IMG/VR virus record: IMGVR_UViG_3300014208_000024
Location: 1-64,000 of that record
From: a virus
Taxonomy: Duplodnaviria; Caudoviricetes
Length of the DNA: 64,000 nt
Strand: one strand, 5' to 3'
Of this stretch, positions 8,867-19,356 are shown in pieces. Position 1 is the stretch's first letter, and every line of letters starts with the position of its first letter. The notes beneath the pieces were generated by a model. It was not told the origin of the DNA. It saw nothing but the letters and a program-made list of their open reading frames with translations, and did not search any database. The translations under genes were made by a program, and so were the position numbers.

Positions 8867-9952
8867 TTATGATCTTTTAACCTTTGTGTTCCAAAAATTC
8901 AAGCACTTTTTATTTTCTTTATTTTGTTTTATAGCAAGTTTAATAACTTTTTTGTTGGAATACCCTTCTGGCAAATATCTCAAATTAAAAATACCATTGT
9001 CTTTGAAAATATATTCAATGTTTTCTTCAAAAAACAAATCAAAAAATCCAGTGTTTTTTTCTAAATAACAAAGAACATCCTCAAAATGAACTTTTTCGAA
9101 TTTCGAAAGCTCATCGACAATTTTTTTCAAAACTTCCTTGTCTAAACAATCACTTCCTATTAAACTAAAAATATTATATCTTCCACAACTATTTCTCCAC
9201 CTTAAAATTGGTTCAATCATTTTTTTTGTTATTACAAATTCTTCTTCTACCATTTTTTCGTAGTAAAAAGGATCTTCTTTCAAAATATTTACAATTTGAT
9301 CTTCACTCAATTCTTTCGGACTTATGTAGTTCAAAAACACAGGATTTATTTCATAGGCAACTCTCTTAATTTCTTCATTAGAAAAACGTGTTAACGGAGA
9401 ATTAAAACGACTTTTAGTATTGTTTATGTATTTATCCCATAAATTTTCCATATTTTTTTTATCCTTTGCAAGACATAAAACAAACAACATCATTTCTTCA
9501 TCAACATATGATTTTTCAATGGAAAATATTAACTTAATATTCTTTTCAATAGCATTCATAGCTTTCTCTTTCGAATATCTTTTTGCAAACAAAATAGACG
9601 AAGGTTCTAGGTCTATTGCCATTTGGACATCTACATCCGTTGGATTAAGAATGTACTTAATATTTGTTGGATTTACATTAATTACAATTGCTTTTGAATG
9701 TTCATCCTGATCACTGGCAAACTGAATGGCGGCTGGATTTTGATAAATTGCAGTTAACACCATTTCTTTCGTTTGTTCTGGCATAATGGAAAGCTGCATA
9801 CCATCCGCTTGTAGCCTTTGTAATTTATTAATATACCGCTCAACATTTAATCTGTTGACACCTTCTTTGTTAAGACCAAGTTCGTTGCATTTTCTTGCAA
9901 TTTCCTCTGTAAAACTTCCCAAAATTTGGGGATTGTAAATAGCTAAATTCAT
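8867..9952 (-). CDS. Helical repeat protein (DUF4116-like)
   Basis: Repeats such as AIYQNPAAIQFA, VNPTNIKYI, NPVFLNYI. Confidence 0.55.
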   Translation of the reverse strand: MNLAIYNPQILGSFTEEIARKCNELGLNKEGVNRLNVERYINKLQRLQADGMQLSIMPEQTKEMVLTAIYQNPAAIQFASDQDEHSKAIVINVNPTNIKYILNPTDVDVQMAIDLEPSSILFAKRYSKEKAMNAIEKNIKLIFSIEKSYVDEEMMLFVLCLAKDKKNMENLWDKYINNTKSRFNSPLTRFSNEEIKRVAYEINPVFLNYISPKELSEDQIVNILKEDPFYYEKMVEEEFVITKKMIEPILRWRNSCGRYNIFSLIGSDCLDKEVLKKIVDELSKFEKVHFEDVLCYLEKNTGFFDLFFEENIEYIFKDNGIFNLRYLPEGYSNKKVIKLAIKQNKENKKCLNFWNTKVKRS

Positions 9953-9968
9953 TTTTTTAATTTTTATG

Positions 9969-11396
9969 TTAACGATTTTTTTCTTTTAATTCTCTGGGCG
10001 CATTTCTTTCTTGATTTTTTCTTTTTTCTTCTTTACGCTCTTTAAATGTTGGTCCAGAATTTTTGTCTTTTATGTTTAAAATTGGAATTAAACGATCAAT
10101 AACATTGGCCGTTGGTTCATTTAATCTTTCTATTGTTTCAGAATCTTTATAAGCCCCTTTACATTCATCAAGAGTACCTTTACAAACTGATGTTGAAAAA
10201 ATTCCCTCCATTTCTTTTTTAAAATATTCTAAATCAAGTTTTTCTTTTGCCATAGAACGACTCATTTTTCTTCCAGCGCCATGACCACAACTATAATTAA
10301 ATTCTGGATTTGATTTTCCTTCACATATTAATGATCCATCTTTCATATTAAGTGCTACAATCATTTTTTCTCCAACGTATGAGCGTATGGCACCTTTGCG
10401 AATAATAAAGTCTTTAAAATCGATATAATTGTGTACTGTTTCAATAATTTCGATTGGTTTAATGCTTCCTAAAATAAGACATGATGTGTTTAACATCATT
10501 TTTCTATTAAATTCTGCATATTTTTGAGCAACTACCATATCAAGCAAATATTCAAAAGCATTTTCACCTTCCAGGAACTCCATGCCATTAATGTTAAAAT
10601 CAAAATCAAGTCCAAGTTCTTTTTTTGCAGATTCCGTTAGCTGTGGAATTGTAGTTTTATCTTTGGTGTTTTTATTTATAAATTCAATTTTTTCCTTTAA
10701 CTCCACATTTCTTTTATCACTTAAAAGTTTTTTTGCTTTATTTTGATGATAGTCACAAATACATTTACCAAAATTTCTAGATCCAGAGTGGATAGAAATC
10801 CATATGTCTTCCGTTTTTTCAGAAACTCCTAACTCGTAATAATGATTTCCTGATCCGAGTGAATTTATACTTAATTCAATGTGTTTTTGCTTCGCTTTAA
10901 TTTTACTGCACAATTCGCCAAAGCTCCTATAATCAAATTTTTTAAATTCATAATTTGTTTTAAATTTGTTGTTATAAGCTCTCGTAAAAATCAACATTTC
11001 ATTATTAAGTTCATCCCAAGGAAAATGTTTTCCAAATAAAAACTTTTCATTATTATTAATTTTAAATCCATTTTCATTAGCATTAATACCCATTGGAATA
11101 CTTTCTCTTATCTCTTTGTCAAATTTTTCAAAAGTCATATTTAACTTTTTTCCAATGTTTGCACATAAAATTCCGCATGAAATATCGACTCCGATTGTAT
11201 TGGGAATCAAATATTTACCAAGTGGCATTGTGAACCCAACAACAGAACCTTTTCCAGCATGAGCATCTACTTGCAATACAACATTGTTATCAAATGCAAT
11301 ATGATTTATCATATTGTTAACTTGATTAATACATTGTTCTTCAATTTCATCATTAGTAATTAATGCTCTTGTAAACTTTCCTTTTATTGTGTACAT
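9969..11396 (-). CDS. rtcB: RtcB RNA 3'-phosphate/5'-OH ligase
   Basis: DAHAG, GVDISCG, LGSGNHY, HSGSR, HNY, RKGA, HGAGR motifs. Confidence 0.95.
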   Translation of the reverse strand: MYTIKGKFTRALITNDEIEEQCINQVNNMINHIAFDNNVVLQVDAHAGKGSVVGFTMPLGKYLIPNTIGVDISCGILCANIGKKLNMTFEKFDKEIRESIPMGINANENGFKINNNEKFLFGKHFPWDELNNEMLIFTRAYNNKFKTNYEFKKFDYRSFGELCSKIKAKQKHIELSINSLGSGNHYYELGVSEKTEDIWISIHSGSRNFGKCICDYHQNKAKKLLSDKRNVELKEKIEFINKNTKDKTTIPQLTESAKKELGLDFDFNINGMEFLEGENAFEYLLDMVVAQKYAEFNRKMMLNTSCLILGSIKPIEIIETVHNYIDFKDFIIRKGAIRSYVGEKMIVALNMKDGSLICEGKSNPEFNYSCGHGAGRKMSRSMAKEKLDLEYFKKEMEGIFSTSVCKGTLDECKGAYKDSETIERLNEPTANVIDRLIPILNIKDKNSGPTFKERKEEKRKNQERNAPRELKEKNR

Positions 11397-11416
11397 AATT
11401 TAATTTTTATTGTAAT

Positions 11417-11443
11417 ATACGAAAATTTTTCAAAAAAGTTTCA
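11417..11443 (-). promoter_or_regulatory. TGAAAC-N16-CGTAT promoter upstream of rtcB
   Basis: Matches recurring motif. Confidence 0.65.
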
Positions 11444-11513
11444 AATTTATCTTTTTTAATTATATTTATAGTTACAATAAAATGAAATTGATAATTTTTT
11501 AAAAATACACTTT

Positions 11514-12281
11514 ATGGAAAACAAAGAACTTTCTTATGTTATAGGATTATTTCAAACTGATGGAACATTAAATGAAGAAGATGGAAACAGAGGGAGATTT
11601 AAAATAGAACTAAACATTAAAGATGAAAATATAATTCATAAAATTTCTAAATTAATAAAATATAATTATAAAATTAGTACAAGGGATAGAATAACAAATT
11701 TTGGAAAAAGCAGTACTATTACAATTACAGTTTACAACATTAATTTTAGGAATTTTTTAAAAGAGCATGGAGTTCCATGTGGAAAAAAATCTGAAATAAT
11801 ATCTCCACCACTTCACATTAAAAATTTATCTATAGTTGATTATGTAAGAGGATTATATGATGGAGACGGTTCTCTTGGAATGACAGAGAAAAATAAACCA
11901 TTTATAAGCTTAACTACAAGTAGTGAAAATATAAAAAAATTTATTGTAAATTATATAAACGAAATTACTGGAACTCCAAAAAAGAATCCAAACAGAAACA
12001 AAAGAGATAATATATACAATATTAGTTTGTTTAATGAAGATGCAATAATATTTTCCAACCATTTGTATTATGATAATTGTTTGTGTATTAACAGAAAACT
12101 TGAAAAATCAATCGAAATGAAAAATTGGATTAGACCTTCTAATGTAAAAAAAAGAGAAAATAGAAAGTTTTGGACAAAAGAACAAGATGACTTCATTTTA
12201 TCAAACTCTATTGGAAATTCTATAAAAGAATTAAATAGGTCAAAACAAAGCATAGAAATGAGATTGTGGAGATTAAAATAA
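11514..12281 (+). CDS. Double-motif LAGLIDADG homing endonuclease
   Basis: VIGLFQTDG and YVRGLYDGDG. Confidence 0.88.
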   Translation: MENKELSYVIGLFQTDGTLNEEDGNRGRFKIELNIKDENIIHKISKLIKYNYKISTRDRITNFGKSSTITITVYNINFRNFLKEHGVPCGKKSEIISPPLHIKNLSIVDYVRGLYDGDGSLGMTEKNKPFISLTTSSENIKKFIVNYINEITGTPKKNPNRNKRDNIYNISLFNEDAIIFSNHLYYDNCLCINRKLEKSIEMKNWIRPSNVKKRENRKFWTKEQDDFILSNSIGNSIKELNRSKQSIEMRLWRLK

Positions 12282-12282
12282 A

Positions 12283-12912
12283 TTAATCTCTACAATCTCT
12301 TTTAAATTTAAGATTATACATTCCAGCATAATACTTATAATGAGAATTTATTTTTCCCATAGATTTACTGTTGTTAATAAACTCTATTTCATCCACTTTT
12401 TTGTTTCTAAACAATTGATTAACAGCATCACAATCTTCAATTGGAACATCGGTGCCTATTTTAACCTTATACCAGGAATCTTTATCTGAAATATCTATAA
12501 ACCTACCTCTTATGTGACTTAAATCCAGGTTTATAATTTCAAATCCCATATGAATATGAGAAGAAAGACTAATTAAATTTAATGGAGATATTTGTAAAAC
12601 AAACCTACCGTGTTTTAACATTGCATTTGACAGTTTTTTTGCCAATCCATTTCCTCTGTATTTCTTTTTCACATAAGTATAACTCAAATAACTAGAATTT
12701 TTAGGAAGATTGTTATTTAGAGTCTTTACAGAAAATGCAATTGGTGTTTTATTTAAAAAAGCAGTAATACAAACATAAATTTTAATGTCAAACCCATGCC
12801 TATATCCCTCATAGAAGACATTTGTATATTTCCACATTTTCTTAGCATCATCAAAACTTGTTCTTCGAAAAGAAACATTGTTTAAATTAATACTTGTTTG
12901 ACTTGAATTCAT
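12283..12912 (-). CDS. GNAT-family acetyltransferase
   Basis: YVKKKYRGNGLAKKL acetyl-CoA-binding motif. Confidence 0.75.
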   Translation of the reverse strand: MNSSQTSINLNNVSFRRTSFDDAKKMWKYTNVFYEGYRHGFDIKIYVCITAFLNKTPIAFSVKTLNNNLPKNSSYLSYTYVKKKYRGNGLAKKLSNAMLKHGRFVLQISPLNLISLSSHIHMGFEIINLDLSHIRGRFIDISDKDSWYKVKIGTDVPIEDCDAVNQLFRNKKVDEIEFINNSKSMGKINSHYKYYAGMYNLKFKRDCRD

Positions 12913-13378
12913 ACCATTCTATTGCATGTAATGCGTTTAAGTAATTTTCATCTTCAGCATATCCAACTCTGGATAACCAATGGGGATAATTTTCTCCTTT
13001 TCGCATGGGAATTGATTCCATTCTTAAATCTTGCCACATTTTGTAATCATACAGTGAATATACCCAGTGTTTATATTTTGCATGACCAAACATTTCTCCA
13101 ATAGCACATGTTTCACGCTGTCCTGGGAATTTCATTCCAAATAAGTTGTGCGCTTTTGTACAAGATTCGGATGAAAATGAAGTTTCTTGAATTATTTGTT
13201 TTCTTACGTAATACCAGTGTTTTATATCCATTTCTGATGCAAAATAATCCAAATTTTCCTTGTTTAATTCAGATCTTTCTGCTGGAATAAAAATCGTATC
13301 TGTCCTAATTATTAAACCGTCTAAATATTTTTTTTCATGTTGAATATAAATAAATTTCGGTTTTTCTATATAAAACAT
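12887..13378 (-). CDS. GH73 glucosaminidase-like peptidoglycan hydrolase
   Basis: QIIQETS, NLFGMK, GYAEDENY. Confidence 0.75.
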   Translation of the reverse strand: MFYIEKPKFIYIQHEKKYLDGLIIRTDTIFIPAERSELNKENLDYFASEMDIKHWYYVRKQIIQETSFSSESCTKAHNLFGMKFPGQRETCAIGEMFGHAKYKHWVYSLYDYKMWQDLRMESIPMRKGENYPHWLSRVGYAEDENYLNALHAIEWYEFKSNKY

Positions 13379-13712
13379 ACAATTTATATGTCCCTATAAT
13401 AAATCCAACAACAAAAAGGAAAAAAATGGTTTTTAACAAAAATCTTTTTAATTTATATCTGAAAAAAATCATCGTTTTTTCTCTAACTATGTGATTAATC
13501 AATGGCCACACATATTCCATGTAGAAAGCTAAAAGTTCTATGTGTTCATCCAACTTTGAGTCTGTTGGAATTTTATCATCGTGAAGTGTCTTTTTTAACA
13601 ATTTGTTGTCAAAAAATTTTCTCAACTTTATCCATCCAAACATTTTAAAAAACGCTCCAAATAAAGCCGAAAGGAACTTTGGATGCTTTCTTATAGAATT
13701 ATTTTCTTCCAT
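13335..13712 (-). CDS. Hypothetical membrane protein
   Basis: C-terminal hydrophobic segment. Confidence 0.65.
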   Translation of the reverse strand: MEENNSIRKHPKFLSALFGAFFKMFGWIKLRKFFDNKLLKKTLHDDKIPTDSKLDEHIELLAFYMEYVWPLINHIVREKTMIFFRYKLKRFLLKTIFFLFVVGFIIGTYKLYVLYRKTEIYLYST

Positions 13713-13716
13713 AAAA

Positions 13717-14043
13717 TTATTCTTTTTTATTTTTTATCTTTTTTATATTTTCCTCTGTGTTCTTTTTTATATCTTCCAAAATCATTTTGTCTTCATAATA
13801 AAAAAAATCTTTTAATCCAAAAGATGGTCCCTCTTTTTCGTTTATAGAAGTTCCCATTTTTGTATAATTAAACAATAGTTGTGCAAATCTTTGTTCTGGA
13901 CAAGTTTTCCACAATTCTTTTAATTGAGAAAGAAAAATATCAATTTCTTGTTCTCTTTTTTCTTTGGAAATTGAGATGTTTTTTAAGTTTTTAATCTTCC
14001 AAACCATTTCTTCCCAACAAAATTCATCTTTTGTTTTTTTCAT
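13717..14043 (-). CDS. Hypothetical protein
   Basis: LKELWKTCPEQRFAQLL. Confidence 0.7.
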   Translation of the reverse strand: MKKTKDEFCWEEMVWKIKNLKNISISKEKREQEIDIFLSQLKELWKTCPEQRFAQLLFNYTKMGTSINEKEGPSFGLKDFFYYEDKMILEDIKKNTEENIKKIKNKKE

Positions 14044-14048
14044 ATTTC

Positions 14049-14552
14049 TTAATTTATTTTTTTGCCTTGTGCTTTTATTGTGCTATACTCATTTGAAAAT
14101 GAATGTTTTCTTTTGCATAACAACGACACCGCATCACTGCCAGATAATTCAAAAAAATTGTCTCCGTATTTTACTTTACCACTTTCAAATTTAACTAAAT
14201 ATTCTCCGTTTTTATAACTTTTAAAAATCATCGTTTTTTCTTTATCTCCAAAAGAAATTTCTATAACATCACCATGAAAAGACTGGACAACTCCATATGT
14301 TTTTGTAGGTATAATAACTTTTTCGTGTACCAAAGTCTTTTTTGTGACTAATTTTCCTTTTTCATAAGTAGATGTATCAATATAATACTCTCTTTTTAAA
14401 ACAACTTGTGTTGAGTTGTAAAATTGAACTCTTTCTAAAGTTTCCATTGTAACATGATACTCATTAACTACATCTCCAGTTAACGGTTTTGCTGTTCTGC
14501 ATGAAATTAAAATAACTGCTAAAACAGTTAAAATTAAAACATTTTTTTTCAT
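14049..14552 (-). CDS. Putative lipoprotein
   Basis: MKKNVLILTVLAVILISC signal with lipobox Cys; start re-chosen at 14552. Confidence 0.7.
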   Translation of the reverse strand: MKKNVLILTVLAVILISCRTAKPLTGDVVNEYHVTMETLERVQFYNSTQVVLKREYYIDTSTYEKGKLVTKKTLVHEKVIIPTKTYGVVQSFHGDVIEISFGDKEKTMIFKSYKNGEYLVKFESGKVKYGDNFFELSGSDAVSLLCKRKHSFSNEYSTIKAQGKKIN

Positions 14553-14734
14553 CGTTTTCCTTTTTAAATTTGTTTCGTCTACAATATTATACGAATTTTT
14601 ATAAAAAAAGTTATGTTTCATAAAATATAAAACACCACAAACATCAAATAAATTTATATAAATCAATGTTTTTTTTAAATTTTTAAACAATTTGTTAAAA
14701 AAAATTAATATTTATTATAAAAAACATTTATTAT

Positions 14735-15427
14735 ATGGAAAATGAAGTATTGACAGCCATTATCGGAGCAACCGCAGTTATATCATCAACAATTGTTGCT
14801 GGAGTTTTTAAAATTCTAGAAATAAGAAAGAAAAAAATTGAAGATGCAAATAAAAGGGAGCCATTAACACAAATTAGACTATTTGAAAAAGACTTGTTCA
14901 GTAAATCTGAATATTGGGTAAATTACACAATAAAAAGACTTGGTTTTGAACAAGGTGACAGAAACTGGATTTATGAAACAATTATGAGAGTAAAAATAGA
15001 AACTGTTTCTAGTAAATCAAAGAAATTTTTAGAACAAAACGACTTAATGTCTTTATCAAATTCAAAATTTGAAAATTTAATATTTTCATTAATATCTGAA
15101 ACAATAGAAGAATACAATTCTATAATTAGAGAAGAATTTAAAGAATATTTTGGAAAAAACAAAGGCGAAAAAATATTTGATTTGGTGATGGATAAACAAC
15201 CAACAAAAGAAAGTCAATCTATTGGATTTAATGTATGGCATGTACCTACAATAACTTATCTTGAAAAATCTATAGCTGATCATTGTGCATCATATTATCC
15301 TAACAATGTTGAAAAAATGGATATGATATTAGATGAGTTTAAAAGTGTTATTGGATCAGCACATTCACATTTATATAAAACGTTTAGTAATTTTAATGGT
15401 GAATTAAACTATTTGTTGCTTTTGTAA
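14735..15427 (+). CDS. Hypothetical protein with N-terminal membrane anchor
   Basis: Hydrophobic N-terminus; TATTTAT motif upstream. Confidence 0.75.
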   Translation: MENEVLTAIIGATAVISSTIVAGVFKILEIRKKKIEDANKREPLTQIRLFEKDLFSKSEYWVNYTIKRLGFEQGDRNWIYETIMRVKIETVSSKSKKFLEQNDLMSLSNSKFENLIFSLISETIEEYNSIIREEFKEYFGKNKGEKIFDLVMDKQPTKESQSIGFNVWHVPTITYLEKSIADHCASYYPNNVEKMDMILDEFKSVIGSAHSHLYKTFSNFNGELNYLLLL

Positions 15428-15430
15428 ATA

Positions 15431-15456
15431 AAAAAAGGGGCTATTGCCCCTTTTTT
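15431..15456. terminator. Bidirectional intrinsic terminator
   Basis: AAAAAAGGGGC-TATT-GCCCCTTTTTT. Confidence 0.85.
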
Positions 15457-15736
15457 ATTCTTCCATACCGAGCTTTAAAAACATTCTGTCTAACTTTTTC
15501 TGGTCTATTCTTTTGTATCTGTTTCCAGAACACATTTCACAACTACAAATAGTAGACATAGTTTTTAATTTATTCGACCAAGATGTGAGTTTTTGTAAAT
15601 CCTTCCAATTTGGATGATAAATATATTCACCATCTTTTAAACGAATTCCATCAAACCCACTTGCATATTTTTTAAGACGTGCAATGTGCTTAACATTCTT
15701 CTTGTGTCTCCTGAATGCTCTTTTAAAATTTTTCAT
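15455..15736 (-). CDS. Small basic protein with CxCxxC
   Basis: ICSCEMCSGNRY; strong AAGGAGGT RBS. Confidence 0.75.
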   Translation of the reverse strand: MKNFKRAFRRHKKNVKHIARLKKYASGFDGIRLKDGEYIYHPNWKDLQKLTSWSNKLKTMSTICSCEMCSGNRYKRIDQKKLDRMFLKLGMEE

Positions 15737-15845
15737 AATTACCTCCTTTTTTAGTTGTAGGTAATTTCACCGAGCCGTGAAACTACCTCAAAGACTGGAG
15801 GTAATGCAAAATTCTGTTTTCATGTTTAATTTTTATTATAAATAT

Positions 15846-16220
15846 TTACTTTTTTCTTTCATACTCGAAAACAAATTTGTTTTGGTCAACCAACTTAATT
15901 GATACTGGTTTTTTCCCGTTTTTATCAACCCATTCATTTTGCGATATTATAACTGTTGTGCTATCAAAATTTGTTTTAAATTGTTTTACATAATCTTGAT
16001 ATGGTTCCAAAATACATTTGTAACATATAGCATTTTTATCAATCCAACATGAAATTTTACCAAATAAATTTATTCCTATTATACAAGGAGTTTCATCTTG
16101 TTGTATTGTAACATACGTATTTGTGCTTTTTAAAGATTCTACAACTTTTTCTGCACTAACACCTATGTAATGTTGAAAAAACAAAAAACTTGTCCAAAAA
16201 AAACAAAACAATAATCTCAT
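15846..16220 (-). CDS. Hypothetical secreted protein
   Basis: Signal-like N-terminus. Confidence 0.6.
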   Translation of the reverse strand: MRLLFCFFWTSFLFFQHYIGVSAEKVVESLKSTNTYVTIQQDETPCIIGINLFGKISCWIDKNAICYKCILEPYQDYVKQFKTNFDSTTVIISQNEWVDKNGKKPVSIKLVDQNKFVFEYERKK

Positions 16221-16226
16221 TTTTTA

Positions 16227-16421
16227 TTATAATTTTACAATTTCAACTCTTGCGTCTCCATTCGTTGGAATACACATTTCTTTAACATTCTTATTTCCCT
16301 TAAACCCAAAATAGTTTTCTTTATACTTTTCTAACCTTAAAGCTATTTCTGTACTAGCTAATCCCATTACGTTTACGTAATGGATCACGATAAGTTTCTT
16401 TTTTTTAAATATTCCAAACAT
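16227..16421 (-). CDS. Hypothetical protein
   Basis: Short ORF in operon. Confidence 0.55.
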   Translation of the reverse strand: MFGIFKKKKLIVIHYVNVMGLASTEIALRLEKYKENYFGFKGNKNVKEMCIPTNGDARVEIVKL

Positions 16422-16445
16422 ATTATTTATAATTTAACACTTCTA

Positions 16446-17291
16446 TTAATACATAGTGATCTTTTTTTCTTTTTTGATAATTCCCATTTTTATTTCTTCT
16501 TCAGATGGAACAAAATAACCATTTCTACCATCGTTATAAACAACAATATTATTATTTGGCATATTGTTATCAATTATTACTTCATATCTACCACCTAACA
16601 TCATTTTGTCTCGAAAAAAATATTCTAAATCACAAATAATATTAAACACACAAATTCCTGTTCTAATTTTATTTGCACCACCAATCATACTTTTTTTGTA
16701 AACTTTAGCTGATGCTTGATTTATTTTTGTAATCAAAGTTTGATTCCAATCCTTTTGAGTTGAATGTGTTTTTTCACCTTTTTCAGATCCTTCATAATCC
16801 CAAATAAGCTCATCAAAATATTCTAAGTTTTTATAAAAATCATCATGTTCATCGGTAAATATTTCAATATTAACCCCACACTCTTTTAACATTTCAAATG
16901 AAACCTTGAAAGATTTGCCCCAGCGCTCATTATTAAAGTCAGGTTCATAAGAAACAAGAGTCTTAATTCCAGAATTAATAATTGCTTTAGCACATTCATT
17001 ACATGGAAAATATGTACAATACATAATAGAATTTTTTAATGAAACTCCATTTCTTGTTGCATTAGCTATTGCATTAATCTCAGCATGAACTACATACATA
17101 TATTTTAATGGTCTTTCATTGCGTTCTTTAACTTCGTCATTTAAACTTCTTGGATGACCATTATAGCCCAAACTTTTAATGGTGTTTTCTTCATCAGTTA
17201 TTACACAACCAACTTTTGTAGAGTCGTCTTTTGACCATTTAGAAATGTGCCAAGCCATTTCCATCATTCTTTTTTTCCAGTTTGCTTTCAT
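16446..17291 (-). CDS. dCMP deaminase fused to a C-terminal domain resembling part of a T4-like major capsid protein
   Basis: TKVGCVI, HAEINAI, PCNECAK; C-terminal DWNQTLITKINQ...GGAN...DLEYF...LGGRY. Confidence 0.8.
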   Translation of the reverse strand: MKANWKKRMMEMAWHISKWSKDDSTKVGCVITDEENTIKSLGYNGHPRSLNDEVKERNERPLKYMYVVHAEINAIANATRNGVSLKNSIMYCTYFPCNECAKAIINSGIKTLVSYEPDFNNERWGKSFKVSFEMLKECGVNIEIFTDEHDDFYKNLEYFDELIWDYEGSEKGEKTHSTQKDWNQTLITKINQASAKVYKKSMIGGANKIRTGICVFNIICDLEYFFRDKMMLGGRYEVIIDNNMPNNNIVVYNDGRNGYFVPSEEEIKMGIIKKEKKITMY

Positions 17292-17377
17292 AATTACAAA
17301 ATTTTTTACAAATATAAACATTTTTTATTGTTTTACAAAATTTTATCATATTTATGTATAACATTAATTATACAAAT

Positions 17378-17539
17378 ATGAAAAAACTAAAATTATCAAC
17401 AGAAAAAGATGTAATATGGCCAATACGAATGAAACAAAGCTTAAAAGATAAATTTAAATATTTTTGTGATAAAAATGGATATTCCATGAATAAAAGAATA
17501 AAAATTTTAATAGAATTAGATATAAATAACGTGGAATAA
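17378..17539 (+). CDS. Small ribbon-helix-helix-like protein
   Basis: WPIRMKQSLKDKFKYFCDKNGYSMNKRI. Confidence 0.55.
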   Translation: MKKLKLSTEKDVIWPIRMKQSLKDKFKYFCDKNGYSMNKRIKILIELDINNVE

Positions 17540-17540
17540 T

Positions 17541-18044
17541 ATGGGAAGGAAAAAATTAAATTTATCTTCAAGAGTTTGTGTAATTTGCGGAAGCGAAAAA
17601 GACATAAAAGAATTCAAAAGAAGAAAACATTGTAAAAAATGTGAAAGTGAAAAACAAAAAAAATATAGAAAAGAAAATCTAGAAAAAGTACGTTTAATAA
17701 AAAAAGAGTGGAGAATTAAAAATAGAGATAAAGAAAATGAAAGAACTATAAGATGGAAAAAAAACAATAAGGAAAAAGTTAAAACAACTCGTAATAATTA
17801 TTTAAAAAATAAAAGAAAAACTGACGTTTTATTTAAATTAACAGAATCTATGAGACGAATGTTGAGAAGATGTTTAATTCAAAAAACAGACAGAACATTT
17901 AAAATATTAGGATATACTCCAACAGAATTAAGAGTAAAAATCGAGTCTCTATTTACTCCTGGTATGTCATGGGAGAATTATGGAGAATGGCATATTGACC
18001 ATATAAAACCAATGTTGTTTCTCCAGAAAATTTTAGTAGGCTAA
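17541..18044 (+). pseudogene. HNH-like endonuclease truncated after DHIKP
   Basis: WENYGEWHIDHIKP then an abrupt switch into sequence homologous to 38205-38369. Confidence 0.65.
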
Positions 18045-18114
18045 AAGAGTTAGATTTAAATGAATCTAAATTCATTAACTGGTTACTAAAAGAATATTTT
18101 TATAATTTAGAGAA

Positions 18115-18930
18115 TTGGGGAAAATAATTATGGAAAATGTAGAAAAAAAGATATGTACATGCTGTCAAGGGGAAAAACCTTTGAAACTTTTTCATAAAAA
18201 CAAAAGTAAAAAAGATGGTCATGATTATATTTGTAAATTTTGCAAAAAGATCAAAAGAAGGTTAAGAACAAAAAACAACAAAGAAAAAACTAAATTAAAA
18301 AGAAAATTGCAATATATCAAAAATAAAGAGAAACATAAAATTTATAGAGAAAACAACAAAGACATAATAAAAGAAAAAGATAAGATACGTAAAGAATTGA
18401 ACAAAAATGTTATAAGTGAAAAGAAAAAAGAAAATTATAAAAAAAATTCATATAAAATAAAACAATATCAAAAAGAATATTATAAAAAAAATAAAAACAA
18501 AGTAATTAATAGACAAAAAGCTTACATGGAAAGTCACAAAGAAGAAAGAAATATCAGACATAAAATTAGAATAAAAGAAGATTTTCTTTATAAATTAAAA
18601 TGTAACATAAGAGGCTTAATAAAAATTGCAATTAAATCTAAAAACTTTAAAAAAAATACAAAAACAGAACAAATACTTGGATGCTCTTTTTGTTTTTTTA
18701 AACAATATATAGAAAATCAATTCAATGAATGGCAAAATTGGAACAATTGGGGTATATTTAAAAAAAACGAGATAGCACAGACAAATAGATATTGGTCAAT
18801 TGACCATATTATTCCTTTATCTTCTGCAACAAAAGAAGAAGATGTTATAAGATTAAATCATTACACTAACCTGCAAGTTTTAGATAGTTATATTAACCAA
18901 TATATTAAAAAAAACAAATTGTTAAAATAA
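18115..18930 (+). CDS. HNH-like homing endonuclease
   Basis: WSIDHIIPLSSA...LNHYTNLQVL. Confidence 0.85.
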   Translation: MGKIIMENVEKKICTCCQGEKPLKLFHKNKSKKDGHDYICKFCKKIKRRLRTKNNKEKTKLKRKLQYIKNKEKHKIYRENNKDIIKEKDKIRKELNKNVISEKKKENYKKNSYKIKQYQKEYYKKNKNKVINRQKAYMESHKEERNIRHKIRIKEDFLYKLKCNIRGLIKIAIKSKNFKKNTKTEQILGCSFCFFKQYIENQFNEWQNWNNWGIFKKNEIAQTNRYWSIDHIIPLSSATKEEDVIRLNHYTNLQVLDSYINQYIKKNKLLK

Positions 18931-19272
18931 TTCTTCTTCTATTATTTTTTTAAGAAACCCAAGTGGCATGGCTCCAGAGTTGAAAAAACAATTTTTTCCT
19001 ACAGGGAAAAAAACTAATGTTGGAACTCCTTTTATTCTAAACATTGTGGTTAATTCAATCTCGTCTTCTATGTCTACTTTATAAAAATCAATCTTTTCTC
19101 CATATTTTATTTTTATTTCTTCTAATATGGGCATCAAAACTTTACAGGGAGAACACCATTTTGCTGTAAAATCTAAAATTATTGGTTTTTCACCTTCAAA
19201 TTTCCAATCTGGGCTGTTACTGAAGTTTGCAACTTTTTGTTCAAATACTTCTTTTGTTAAATGTTCTATCAT
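18922..19272 (-). CDS. Thioredoxin
   Basis: DFTAKWCSPC...GVPTL. Confidence 0.93.
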   Translation of the reverse strand: MIEHLTKEVFEQKVANFSNSPDWKFEGEKPIILDFTAKWCSPCKVLMPILEEIKIKYGEKIDFYKVDIEDEIELTTMFRIKGVPTLVFFPVGKNCFFNSGAMPLGFLKKIIEEELF

Positions 19273-19356
19273 ATCAATTTAATTTTATACAAATATACTA
19301 AATTGACACGGGAAAATAAACAAAAAACCCCACTTTTTTGTGAGGTTTCATGTAAT

